From Deltaproteobacteria bacterium (GTDB lineage Bacteria > Myxococcota_A > Polyangia > Fen-1088), in NCBI GenBank assembly GCA_033763315.1, contig JANRKS010000019.1, positions 32,001-96,000 on the forward strand: a stretch of 64,000 nt of DNA. Direction: 5' to 3'. The notes beneath the pieces are model-generated. The model was not told the origin of the DNA and ran no database searches. It was given only the letters and a program-made list of their open reading frames with translations. Position 1 is the first letter of the stretch, and each line of letters opens with the position of its first letter. Shown here piece after piece: positions 41,308-50,912 of this stretch. A program made the position numbers and the translations under genes.

Positions 41308-42311
41308 AAACGCTGGTTACAGGCGCCACGGGATTTCTGGGATCCCACTTAATCGAGAAGCTTTGCGACGCGGGCAAGCCCGAAAGCTTGCGCGTCTTAG
41401 TCCGCAAGGGGAACACGCGTTTGAAGGCGCTGGGCGTTGACGTGGTCACCGGCTCGGTCACCGAGGCCGATGATGTGGCGCGTGCGCTTGAAGGCGTGAG
41501 CCACGTGTATCACCTGGCTGGCTTTGTCTCGCGCAAGAAGGATGACGCGCACGAGATGTATAAGGTGCACGTCGAAGGCACCCGCGTTCTGTGCCGCGCG
41601 GCCGCGGAGCGCAAAATCAAACGCATCGTGATGGCGTCCACCAGCGGCACTGTTGCGGTGGCGCGCAACGAAGACGAGATGCCCACGGAAGATTCGCCCG
41701 CGCCCGTCGAGATCATCGTCCGGTGGGCTTACTACGCCAGCAAGCTGTATCAAGAAGAAGCCGCGCGCCGCGCGTGTGGCGACAAGGTGGAACTCGTGAC
41801 CGTGAACCCAAGCCTGCTGTTGGGCCCGGGTGATGATCGCCTGTCATCCACGAAAGATGTGCTGTCATTCTTGGCGCAAGAGATCCCGGTCGCGCCGGGA
41901 GGCGGCCTCAACTTTGTGGACGTGCGTGACGTGGCAGCGGCCTTGCCCGTGGCGATGGCGCAAGGTGTGGCCGGCGAGCGTTACCTGCTCGGCGGTTACA
42001 ACTGGTCTTTCGTCGAGTTCTTCGGCCGCCTAGAACGCTTGACCAAAGTGCGCGGACCGCTTGTGAAGGGCAAGGGCCGTTGGCCGTTCTACGCTTCGCA
42101 TTTGCAATCGGCGGTGTACAAAGCGTTGGGTCGCACGGCGCCCGTTGATCCCGCCAGCGTCGAGATGGGCGAGTACTTCTGGTATTTCTCGTCTGATAAA
42201 GCGCACAAGGCTCTGGGCTTCGCCCCACGCGAAGCCACAGAAACCTTGTTTGATACCGTTGCGTATTTGCGTGCCCACTTCCTGGGCGGCGCCAAGCCGC
42301 TATCGGCTTAG
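41304..42311 (+). CDS. NAD-dependent epimerase/dehydratase (extended SDR), last gene of the elb-like operon
   Basis: TGATGFLG, YHLAG, YYASK, FVDVRDVA, GERYLLG. ATGA overlap with elbD. Confidence 0.88.
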   Translation: MKTLVTGATGFLGSHLIEKLCDAGKPESLRVLVRKGNTRLKALGVDVVTGSVTEADDVARALEGVSHVYHLAGFVSRKKDDAHEMYKVHVEGTRVLCRAAAERKIKRIVMASTSGTVAVARNEDEMPTEDSPAPVEIIVRWAYYASKLYQEEAARRACGDKVELVTVNPSLLLGPGDDRLSSTKDVLSFLAQEIPVAPGGGLNFVDVRDVAAALPVAMAQGVAGERYLLGGYNWSFVEFFGRLERLTKVRGPLVKGKGRWPFYASHLQSAVYKALGRTAPVDPASVEMGEYFWYFSSDKAHKALGFAPREATETLFDTVAYLRAHFLGGAKPLSA

Positions 42312-42319
42312 GCCTCCGC

Positions 42320-43396
42320 CTAATTGCCGTACATCTGATACGCCTGCCACGCCTTCTCTTGCAGGAAGCGCGCGGTGTCAGCGTCGATGCCGCTTATGAA
42401 GGGATTGCCCACGGGGGATTTGCCTGTGAGCACGGCATAAAACACGCAAGCGCAGGCGTATCCACCCATTGAAGACGGGTGAAATTTATCCGCGTCCCAA
42501 AACGCGAGGTTGGGCCGTTCTTTGAGCGCCAATAACCAAGAGGCGCTGGCAGGAACGAACACCGCGCCGTTGTCCTTGGCGATCTTTTTATAGGCCAAGA
42601 TTAACGCTTCCCAATCCGTGCGCTTGTCTTGCTCTGGCCAGATCGCCCACACAACAGGCACCTGGCCAGCTTTTTTGATCTCGTCGATGAAGCGTTTGCC
42701 GTAATCGCTGGCCACGTCCATCCCATAAGTGCCTTCGCCCGTGGCCATGTTGATCTCAGCTTTGGCCGTGGGATGCAGCATGAAATCCTGCAAAACCACG
42801 TGCGTGTAAGCTTTGCTGCGGATGAGTTGCAGCGTGTTGCCGCCGCTGACGTTGTTTCCGAAGTTCCAGTGAAAGTACAGGCCGCGATACCAGTTGACCG
42901 AAAGCTCGGATTTGTTCACTTTGATGGTGGTCTGGCCCTGGTTCACGACGTTCTTCGTTTTGTCGGCGATGCCGCTGTTGAAGGTGAAGCTGTTGCCGAT
43001 GAACAGCATGTTCCATGGTTTGCTGGGATCGCCCGTGAAGACACCTCCACCGGCGCCACCCATCGCGCCACCCGTGCCGCCCGCGGCCGCGCCTATGCCG
43101 CCGGCGCCACCAGTGCCTCCTGTGGATGAAGAGCCTCCGGCGCCGCCTATGCCGCCACCGGAGCCACCAGACGCGGCGCCTGCGCTGCCACCACCCGCGG
43201 CGCCACCTGGGGTGCCGCTTCCACCGCTGCCGCCGCCGCCGCCCTCGGCGGGTCCTTCGCCACCATCGCCCCCGGCGGCTTCACCACCGTTGCCGCCGCA
43301 GTCCGCGCCGTCGTCACACTCGCTGGTGGATGACGAACCACCGCACGCGAGCAAACCAAAGGTAATGCATAAACTACAAGCAAATCTTCGGATCAT
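42320..43396 (-). CDS. Lipoprotein with Gly-rich linker and SGNH/GDSL-type esterase domain
   Basis: Lipobox LLAC, about 95 aa Gly/Ser/Ala linker, LFIGNSFT, VVLQD, DKFHPS (DxxH). GGAGG SD. Confidence 0.8.
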   Translation of the reverse strand: MIRRFACSLCITFGLLACGGSSSTSECDDGADCGGNGGEAAGGDGGEGPAEGGGGGSGGSGTPGGAAGGGSAGAASGGSGGGIGGAGGSSSTGGTGGAGGIGAAAGGTGGAMGGAGGGVFTGDPSKPWNMLFIGNSFTFNSGIADKTKNVVNQGQTTIKVNKSELSVNWYRGLYFHWNFGNNVSGGNTLQLIRSKAYTHVVLQDFMLHPTAKAEINMATGEGTYGMDVASDYGKRFIDEIKKAGQVPVVWAIWPEQDKRTDWEALILAYKKIAKDNGAVFVPASASWLLALKERPNLAFWDADKFHPSSMGGYACACVFYAVLTGKSPVGNPFISGIDADTARFLQEKAWQAYQMYGN

Positions 43397-43510
43397 TTCG
43401 GCCTCCGTCTGATCAGACTAGGCAGAAAAGATCGGGTAAATCTGCGTGAAGTTATAGACGTATCGCCGAGCCTGTCAGGACTAACAGCTCGAACATGGCG
43501 AAAGTGCCGC

Positions 43511-44887
43511 TCAACCGAGCTGCGTCAGAGGTCCCTTGCCCGGATCATTGGTGCCGAACGTGTCGACGTTCATGCCAAACGCTTTGCAGATCGAAGTGAG
43601 CAATCGTTGGTGCACCACCCACTGCGCCGATTGCGCCGGGCTGCCCATTTGGTTGGGGTGCGGCAGTGAGATCAGCCGTCCTGTTTTGAAGGCAAAGTTG
43701 CTACCGCCCGCCATCCACAGCGGAAAGCGCCAATGTTGATGAGCGCCCACCTCCAATGATTGCCCTGTGGTGGTGTCAGAGCCAAACAGGATCAAGGTGT
43801 TGTCCAACATGGTTCCGTTGCCCTCCTTGACGGCTTCCATCTTGGCAAACAGGTGCGCCCAACGATCGGCGTACCAACGATCGATCTTCTTGTGGTTGTC
43901 CACCACGCCGGCCGCGCCTTTTGTGTCGCCTACCGCGTGCGTGGTGTCGTGGTGGTTGATACCAGGGATCTCGTCCAAGCCGCCGTCGCAATGTCCAAGC
44001 TGCAGCGACGCCACGCGGGTAAGGTCGCAAGTGAATGCAGCGGTAATCACGTCCATCTGCGCTTCGACTTTTGCCGCCAACGTTCCACTGGCCGGCTTGG
44101 CGGGCACACTTGTGCAGCCCGTGGTGACCGCGCCTGTGCTCCCTGTGGCTTGCGTCAAACGTGACTCCAACATGCGAATGCTGTCCATGTGCGAGGCGCA
44201 CTTCTGCTTATCTTCCGACCCCGCAGACGCACAAATTCGATCCATGTCACCTTTGACCAAATCGATCACGCTTTGCTTTTGCTTGCGCGCTCGTTCAATG
44301 GCCGTGGTGTCGAGCACCGGCGCCCCACCGGGTGAGAAGCCCTTGAACACCATATCGAAGGCGGCGCTTGGATCGTTCTGCGCGTTTACGGGCGTTTGCG
44401 CCTTTGAATAGAAGCACGATGAATGCCCACTGGGGCTGGGTGCGTTCACGCCCAACGCGAGATGGCGAAACTTCGTAGGAGTTTGTCCGTAAACGTGATC
44501 TGCGACGGCTTGGTCAACCGAAGGGCCCGTGGAAAAGTTTGCCTTCTTCGAGCCGGTGAACACCATGGCCTGCCCCGAACCATGTTCGTTGTCGTCATCC
44601 GGGAAGAACCATTGCGCTCCGTACAGCATCAAGCCGTCGAGGTACAGCAGCTTGCTCTTGTATGGGTTTAGCGCGGTCATGGTTTCGCCCAGGGTAAAGT
44701 CGGTGGCTGTGCCCTTGGGCCAGAATGAGTTTTCCAGATATCCCATGGGGGAGAACACCACCAATAGGCGTTTCGGCGGCTCGGCCGCGCGCACCGAGGC
44801 CGGAACGAAAGGTGCCAAGCGGCTGGCTGCACCAGCACTGGCGAGCGCCGCCAACAGCTTCCGTCGTGAAAGTCCGAAGTGGTTCAT
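43511..44887 (-). CDS. DUF1552-family Tat-exported protein
   Basis: Tat motif SRRKLL, PKRLLVVF, SVDQAVA, SVIDLV, HMDSIRMLE, AFTCDLTRVA, HHDTTH, EGNGTMLDNT. Confidence 0.8.
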   Translation of the reverse strand: MNHFGLSRRKLLAALASAGAASRLAPFVPASVRAAEPPKRLLVVFSPMGYLENSFWPKGTATDFTLGETMTALNPYKSKLLYLDGLMLYGAQWFFPDDDNEHGSGQAMVFTGSKKANFSTGPSVDQAVADHVYGQTPTKFRHLALGVNAPSPSGHSSCFYSKAQTPVNAQNDPSAAFDMVFKGFSPGGAPVLDTTAIERARKQKQSVIDLVKGDMDRICASAGSEDKQKCASHMDSIRMLESRLTQATGSTGAVTTGCTSVPAKPASGTLAAKVEAQMDVITAAFTCDLTRVASLQLGHCDGGLDEIPGINHHDTTHAVGDTKGAAGVVDNHKKIDRWYADRWAHLFAKMEAVKEGNGTMLDNTLILFGSDTTTGQSLEVGAHQHWRFPLWMAGGSNFAFKTGRLISLPHPNQMGSPAQSAQWVVHQRLLTSICKAFGMNVDTFGTNDPGKGPLTQLG

Positions 44888-44888
44888 G

Positions 44889-46559
44889 TCATTGCCCTCG
44901 GCGGTTGCGGAAAGAATCGCTTGAAACCAGCGACAAAATGGCGTCCTTCAAGTTGCCTTTGCCGTCAAGCAAGGCCTGCTGGATTTGCCCCTCGGTGCAC
45001 GCGTCTTCCGTTTCCGGATCACGCGCCAGTGCGAACCGGAACCACTGGGTGCCCAAGCACGACCGCACCTCTGTCATCGTTGAGAGCGCACGCAACATCT
45101 CTTGGGTGTCACCAAAGCTCGGCTCACCATCAATGCCGATAAACTGCCCCGAAGAGTTTATGTCGGTGCCATCGGCATTTTTCGCCTTCCAACGGCCAAT
45201 GAGATCGTAGTGCTCGAAGCCGAACCCGATGGGATCCATCAACTCGTGACAACCCTTGCATGTGGGGTTTTCTTGGTGGACGCGAAGCAACTCTTGCTGC
45301 GTTAACTGATCGGCATTGGGTGGAGGCTCGAACTTCACGGCGACGTTGGGTGGTGGCACTGGCGTGCACAGCAGCTCGCGACGCACGAGGTGGCCGCGAA
45401 TGACGGCAGCGTATTTTGTGGGCACATGGGGAGAAGACGCCTGCACACCCGCCAACGTCAACAAACCCATGCGCGATCCGTCGCGGACCTCCGCGCGCCC
45501 TTCGGCGTCTGCCTTGGCGTCCGGGCCGTAGACTTTAGCCAGCGGGCCGAAGGGGAACACATAGGGCGCCGACAACAGTTCTTCCACCGTGCCGCTGCCC
45601 TTGGTGAGCACATAGTTTACGAACTTCGTAGGCTCGTCCGCCATGGCGGCCCGCATGACGTCGTCAAAGTCGGGGAACTTGCCTGCTTCCTTGGTCACCA
45701 CCCCCGAACGGGTAAGGGCGTCAAAGCCCAGCAACTGCACATGGAATTTCGCAGCCGTGTCGACGAACCTCGTCGTACTCATCAAGCGGTCAGCTTGTTC
45801 GCGGATGCCGTCCACGGTTGACAACTTGCCGGCCTTGGCCGCCGCGAACAAAGGCGCGTCGGGCATGGTGCCGGTCAGTGTGTACGACAGACGCGTGGCC
45901 ACTTCATAGTCGGTCAGTTTCGCCAATCCGCTTTTGCTGCTTTCGCCTTGCTCCACGAGGTAAAGAAAGCTTGGTGACTGCAGTGACGCTTCCACCACCA
46001 ATCGGATACCAGTAGCGAAGCTTTCTTCTTTGCCCACAGTGTAGAGCTTCGTGAACGCTGCTTCTTCCGCCGACGTCAACGGACGACGGAAGGCGCGTGC
46101 GCCGAAGGTCTTGATGAACTCAGTGGCGCATTTGTCTTCGCCGGTGGCTTTCGTGTCGCAGTTGATCAGGGTCGCAAGGTTCGCAACCGCCTTGCTGGCC
46201 AGGCCTTCGGCTGTTGTGCTGTATTTTTCAACATCCGTGTCCTGTGGAGGTAGCTCTGTGTTGGTGGCGAAAGGGCCCGTCGTGGTGTCGAGCAAGAAGC
46301 CTTTGGTGTCGGGCTGAAATCCCAGCAGATCTCTCACGGTCGCTTCGTATTGAGCCGTCGTGAGGCGGCGCCATTTGCCCGCGCCAACATTTGCGCCGCT
46401 CTTGCAGGCTCGTTCGACATCAATGGGACCTGGCGCGGCTCCTGGAGGGCTGGCGCCTGCTTCGCCTCCTTGACCGTCGTCCTGTGCCACCGAGCCTTGG
46501 CATCCGACTGAGGCGGCAGCGCACACCATCAAACTCAGTGCTGCATGAAACTGTTTCAC
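44889..46559 (-). CDS. DUF1592/1588/1587/1595/1585-type lipoprotein with one CxxCH heme-c motif
   Basis: Lipobox SVGC, RRLTTAQYEATVRDLL, AFRRPLT, LQSPSFLY, YEVATRLSY, RMGLLT, CKGCHELMDPIGFGFEHYD. AAGGAG SD before GTG. Confidence 0.82.
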   Translation of the reverse strand: MKQFHAALSLMVCAAASVGCQGSVAQDDGQGGEAGASPPGAAPGPIDVERACKSGANVGAGKWRRLTTAQYEATVRDLLGFQPDTKGFLLDTTTGPFATNTELPPQDTDVEKYSTTAEGLASKAVANLATLINCDTKATGEDKCATEFIKTFGARAFRRPLTSAEEAAFTKLYTVGKEESFATGIRLVVEASLQSPSFLYLVEQGESSKSGLAKLTDYEVATRLSYTLTGTMPDAPLFAAAKAGKLSTVDGIREQADRLMSTTRFVDTAAKFHVQLLGFDALTRSGVVTKEAGKFPDFDDVMRAAMADEPTKFVNYVLTKGSGTVEELLSAPYVFPFGPLAKVYGPDAKADAEGRAEVRDGSRMGLLTLAGVQASSPHVPTKYAAVIRGHLVRRELLCTPVPPPNVAVKFEPPPNADQLTQQELLRVHQENPTCKGCHELMDPIGFGFEHYDLIGRWKAKNADGTDINSSGQFIGIDGEPSFGDTQEMLRALSTMTEVRSCLGTQWFRFALARDPETEDACTEGQIQQALLDGKGNLKDAILSLVSSDSFRNRRGQ

Positions 46560-46694
46560 AGCGACTCCTTCTGAACACGTGACCGGTCAGGCCCGTCGAC
46601 GACCAAACAGGCCTTCGCGTGTTAGAATGGAAGTTTTCTAACGACTTAGGCATCGTCCAAAAGGACGATCGCCTAAAACCGTAGGTAAAGTGAC

Positions 46695-47624
46695 CTACGC
46701 GCGCAGCATCAAAGCCGCTGGTATCACTTCCCACGTTGCGGGCAATGTCCCCGGCGTTTCGCCGTCGACCTCCACAGGGGCGGCCGCTTGCCCCTCGGCG
46801 GGCGCCACGGACACGCACCGGATCTGTCGCCCATCCACGCGATCGATCTTGAGGTGAGTGCCATCGTACAAACGGTGAATCTTTGTGGCGATCGCGCCCA
46901 GACCCAGATCTCCCACCACCACAAACTGCAGTGATCCGCTGTCGAGGACCGCGTCGGGGCAGATCTTCATACCCCCGCCGAAGAAGCGGCCATTGCCTAT
47001 AGCCCCCAACAACACCGTGCGCCGCAGTGGGGCAGCGTCATCGATGCTTACCTGCACATCGAGGTTGCTGTAGCCAAACACCGTGCGGACGGTGGCCCCT
47101 AGGAACGCGCTACGGGCCCCCAGCTTTTTGCTGGAAGCGTTGGCCTTGCTGGCGACAGACGCTGAAAAGCCGAACGACGATACATTCACGAAGTAACGGC
47201 TGGCAGGTTGGCCGCTGTGGTCGACGTACTTGACCAAGCCCACGTCAACGGGCTTTGCCTGGCTTTGAGCGATGCGGCGTCCTGCCTTTGTGAAATCGTG
47301 GGGTAGGTCGAGCGTTCGCCGAAAATCGCCGCCGGTGCCGCGCGGCAACAGAGCCACCTCGGTGGTTCGCGGGGCGCCCGCCGCCATCAGTCCGTTGACG
47401 ACTTCGTTGAGCGTGCCGTCGCCGCCCACGGCCACCACCAGGTGGCGGCCAGCGAGGGCGGCCTCACGCGCCAACTCCTGCGCGTGGTCGGGCCGCTCGG
47501 TCATCTGCGTGTCAAAGGGGCCCAAGCCCTCGGCAACCGCCCCGGCCAAGCGGGCCCAGCGCGATTCCGACAAGCCGCCGCCGGAGCGGGGGTTCACGAT
47601 AAGTAGGGGGCGGTCGAGTGCCAT
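46695..47624 (-). CDS. Diacylglycerol/lipid kinase family protein (YegS/DagK-like)
   Basis: IVNPRSG, VGGDGTLNEV, PRGTGGDF, GNGRFFGGG, EVDGE. Start placed at ATG 47624. Confidence 0.9.
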   Translation of the reverse strand: MALDRPLLIVNPRSGGGLSESRWARLAGAVAEGLGPFDTQMTERPDHAQELAREAALAGRHLVVAVGGDGTLNEVVNGLMAAGAPRTTEVALLPRGTGGDFRRTLDLPHDFTKAGRRIAQSQAKPVDVGLVKYVDHSGQPASRYFVNVSSFGFSASVASKANASSKKLGARSAFLGATVRTVFGYSNLDVQVSIDDAAPLRRTVLLGAIGNGRFFGGGMKICPDAVLDSGSLQFVVVGDLGLGAIATKIHRLYDGTHLKIDRVDGRQIRCVSVAPAEGQAAAPVEVDGETPGTLPATWEVIPAALMLRA

Positions 47625-47758
47625 GCGGGGAGGGGGGGTGGGGGCGGACCTTAGCATCTTCACCCGAGGCCCAAAAGCGTTTGTGAGGGCGCGGGGAGGC
47701 GAAGATTTTTGCGTGCCCCCGCCTCAAGCTTGCGGGGGTTTGTCTCGATTTTAATCTC

Positions 47759-48235
47759 ATGACCAACGTTGAGGCGTTGCTCACTGTTGAATCGGGCCGC
47801 GTGCCCGAAGGTGTGCAGGTGTTTGTGGAGCAGAACCCGGAGGCCGGCAGGCTGCGGGGTTGGCTTTTCATGTCGGCGTTCTTGGCCTTGGTGGCGGCCG
47901 TCACCGGGGTGCAGGGGGGCGAGCCGTGGGGCGTGGTGGCCATCGCTTTGTTTGCGGCGATGGCGGGCGTGATGGCGATCCCCACACGCGCGGAGGAGCC
48001 GTGGAAGCCGCGCGTGCTCCTGCTGTGCCAAAAGGGCCTGATCGTGCGCGAGCCGTGGGGCTTACGTAACTGGCGCTATGACGAACTTAGCCGCCCGTAC
48101 TTGTTGTTCGTTGACGGTGAACAACAGCTTTGTCTTGAGGCCAAAGACGGCGAGGTGCATTTGATTGACCATCTGAGCTTTCGCAACGGCGCTCGTCTGC
48201 GCGACCTTTTGGAACAGCGTATTCGCGGGTCTTAA
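47759..48235 (+). CDS. Hypothetical membrane protein (2 TM plus soluble beta domain)
   Basis: Two hydrophobic helices followed by a PH-like segment (GLIVREPWG..WRYDEL). Fills the gap on the expected strand. Confidence 0.6.
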   Translation: MTNVEALLTVESGRVPEGVQVFVEQNPEAGRLRGWLFMSAFLALVAAVTGVQGGEPWGVVAIALFAAMAGVMAIPTRAEEPWKPRVLLLCQKGLIVREPWGLRNWRYDELSRPYLLFVDGEQQLCLEAKDGEVHLIDHLSFRNGARLRDLLEQRIRGS

Positions 48236-48260
48236 AGCACCCGCGTGATACAAGGTCGAA

Positions 48261-49130
48261 GTGCTTCCTGGAATTGCCTTCGCCTTATTGACGAGCCTCA
48301 GCTGGGCGGTCGCAAACGTGTTTATCCAGCGCAGCGGCAAGATGATCGGAGCGCCGCGCGCCTTGCTTTACGCTCTGCTTGTGGGCGCCGCCGCATCCCT
48401 GGGTGCTGCGGTGTTCTTGGACCAACGGCCGGAGCCTTTGGCGGCGTCTCATCTGGGGTGGTTGGCGCTGGCGGGTGTTTCGGGGTTGTTGGGGTACGCG
48501 GGCATGTTCGCGGCGTTTGAGAAGGCGGATCTGACGGTATCGGTGCCGGTCGTCTCAAGCTGGTCGATGATTGCGGCGGCGTTTTCGGTGATCGTTTTGG
48601 GCGAACGTCCAGATCTACACCACTACGTGGGGGTGGGCCTGGTGTGTTTGGGCGTGATCGTGGTGGCCGTGGCGTCCACACGCGGTGCCAGCGACGAAGG
48701 CGGAGCGCGCAAGCGCGGGTTGTTCGCTGTGGTCGCCTCAGCCGCGGGGGCGGTGGGCTTTGGCATCATGATCCCGACGTTCGGTTTTGTGTCGCCGGCG
48801 TTGGGCGCCTTTGGGGCTTCGGCTGCCGTTTACCTGCTGTGCGTTTTGCTTGGCATCCCCTTGGCCCGCCTGCTTAAAGAGCCGCTCGGGTTGCCTCCGA
48901 GAGGGGCCTGGAAATTGGTGATCATCACCGGCTTGGCCGAAACGGTGGGTTTCGTTTCGGTGGCACTGGGCCGTCGGTACGCGCCCATCAGCGTTGTTGC
49001 GCCCGTTTCGTCTTTGGCGGCCACCTTCACGGTCATTTACGCCTGGGCGTTTCTTCACCAGCGACAAAGCCCGGCGGCACTGATTGGAGGCGTCCTGGTG
49101 TGCGCGGGGGTTGTGGTACTTGCCCTTTAG
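48261..49130 (+). CDS. EamA/DMT-family transporter
   Basis: About 10 TM helices in two repeats, VLGERP, SVVAPV. Confidence 0.85.
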   Translation: MLPGIAFALLTSLSWAVANVFIQRSGKMIGAPRALLYALLVGAAASLGAAVFLDQRPEPLAASHLGWLALAGVSGLLGYAGMFAAFEKADLTVSVPVVSSWSMIAAAFSVIVLGERPDLHHYVGVGLVCLGVIVVAVASTRGASDEGGARKRGLFAVVASAAGAVGFGIMIPTFGFVSPALGAFGASAAVYLLCVLLGIPLARLLKEPLGLPPRGAWKLVIITGLAETVGFVSVALGRRYAPISVVAPVSSLAATFTVIYAWAFLHQRQSPAALIGGVLVCAGVVVLAL

Positions 49131-49147
49131 GATAACATTCGCGCCAC

Positions 49148-50827
49148 ATGGCTCCTCAGTACATCTTCACGATGCAGAAGTTGGGACGCGTTCACCCGCC
49201 CAACAAGCAAGTTCTTAAAGACATCTACTTGTCGTTTTACCCGGGCGCCAAAATCGGCGTTTTGGGCTCAAACGGCGCGGGAAAATCAACGCTGCTGCGA
49301 ATTATGGCCGGCGTTGATAAAGGCTTCATCGGCGAAGCCCGCCCCGCGGACGGGATCAAGATCGGCTACTTGCCGCAAGAGCCGCAATTGGATCCCAAGA
49401 AGAACGTTGTGCAGAACGTGGAGGACGCCGTGGCGCCCATCAAGAATCTGCTCAAGCGCTTCGACGAAGTGAACGCCAAGTTCGCCGAAGATATGACGCC
49501 CGAGCAGATGGACAAGCTGATGGAAGAGCAGGGCAAACTGCAAGACGCCATCGACGCCGCCAACGCGTGGGAACTCGACCGCACCCTTGAGATCGCGATG
49601 GACGCTTTGAGGTGCCCGCCCGCCGAAGCCGACGTCACGAAGCTTTCGGGGGGCGAGCGCCGCCGCGTGGCCTTGTGCAAAGTGCTGCTGGAAAAGCCTG
49701 ATCTACTGCTGCTCGACGAGCCCACCAACCATCTGGACGCCGAAAGCGTGGCGTGGCTTGAGCACCACTTGAAAGAATTTCCCGGCACCATCGTGGCCAT
49801 CACGCACGATCGTTACTTTTTGGACAACGTCGCGGGCTGGATCTTGGAGTTGGATCGCGGCGAAGGCATCCCCTGGCAGGGGAACTATTCGTCGTGGTTG
49901 GATCAAAAGCGCAAGCGCCTTGAGCAAGAAGAAAAGTCTGAATCTGCACGCCAGCGCACCTTGGCCCGCGAGCTTGAATGGGTGCAGGCGTCGCCGCGGG
50001 CGCGCCAAGCCAAGAGCAAGGCGCGTTTGGCAGCCTATGAAAGCATGCTGTCGCAGGAAAATGAAAAGCGTGAAGAAGCCATCGAAATTGGCATTCCACC
50101 GGGGCCCCGCTTGGGTGACGTGGTTGTCAAAGCGGAGGGGCTGCGCAAGGGGTACGGGGATCGCTTGTTGATCGAGAACCTCACGTTTACGTTGCCTCGC
50201 GGTGGCATCGTGGGGGTCATTGGGCCCAATGGCGCCGGTAAAACCACTTTGTTCCGTATGCTCACCGGTGAAGAAAAACCCGACGGCGGCAAGCTGATCG
50301 TGGGCGACACGGTAAAGTTGGCGTACGTGGATCAATCGCGTGAGACGCTCAAGCCCGACGCCACTGTGTTCGACGAGATCGCGCAGGGGGCGGACGTCTT
50401 GGAGATTGGCAAGCGCGAAGTGCCCACACGAGCCTACGTTGCCGGCTTCGGCTTCAAGGGCGGGGATCAGCAAAAGCGCATGAAGGATCTCTCAGGCGGC
50501 GAACGCAACCGCGTGAACCTGGCCAAGTTGCTGAGCTGTGGTTGCAACGTGTTGCTGCTCGACGAGCCCACGAACGATCTGGATGTGGATACGCTGCGTG
50601 CCTTGGAAGACGCTTTGTTGTCCTTCGCAGGCTGCGTGGTGGTGGTCAGCCACGATCGCTGGTTCTTGGATCGCATCGCCACCCACATGTTGGCTTTCGA
50701 GGGTGACAGCCAGGTGGTGTGGTTTGAAGGCAACTACCAAGACTATGAAGCCGACCGCAAACGCCGCTTGGGCGCCGAGGCGGCGCAGCCCCACCGCATC
50801 AAGTACAAGAAACTCACCCACGGGTGA
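49148..50827 (+). CDS. ettA: Energy-dependent translational throttle ABC-F protein
   Basis: [26 protein letters not shown], two LSGGE and DEPTN motifs, [20 protein letters not shown]. Confidence 0.96.
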   Translation: MAPQYIFTMQKLGRVHPPNKQVLKDIYLSFYPGAKIGVLGSNGAGKSTLLRIMAGVDKGFIGEARPADGIKIGYLPQEPQLDPKKNVVQNVEDAVAPIKNLLKRFDEVNAKFAEDMTPEQMDKLMEEQGKLQDAIDAANAWELDRTLEIAMDALRCPPAEADVTKLSGGERRRVALCKVLLEKPDLLLLDEPTNHLDAESVAWLEHHLKEFPGTIVAITHDRYFLDNVAGWILELDRGEGIPWQGNYSSWLDQKRKRLEQEEKSESARQRTLARELEWVQASPRARQAKSKARLAAYESMLSQENEKREEAIEIGIPPGPRLGDVVVKAEGLRKGYGDRLLIENLTFTLPRGGIVGVIGPNGAGKTTLFRMLTGEEKPDGGKLIVGDTVKLAYVDQSRETLKPDATVFDEIAQGADVLEIGKREVPTRAYVAGFGFKGGDQQKRMKDLSGGERNRVNLAKLLSCGCNVLLLDEPTNDLDVDTLRALEDALLSFAGCVVVVSHDRWFLDRIATHMLAFEGDSQVVWFEGNYQDYEADRKRRLGAEAAQPHRIKYKKLTHG

Positions 50828-50835
50828 GCTTGCGA

Positions 50836-50867
50836 GGGCGCCGTTGGCGACGAACGGCGCCCGTTTC
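50836..50867 (+). terminator. Probable terminator hairpin after ettA
   Basis: Perfect 10-bp stem GGGCGCCGTT/AACGGCGCCC followed by GTTTC (weak U tail). Confidence 0.5.
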
Positions 50868-50912
50868 ACTCGCGGCTTTTCATGACTGGCATCGCCCTGT
50901 AGGATGAGCGCC

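Noticed and set aside
43045-43310. GCC/CCG-rich repeat-like stretch
   Set aside because: It encodes the Gly-rich linker of the SGNH lipoprotein; it is not a DNA repeat or CRISPR array.
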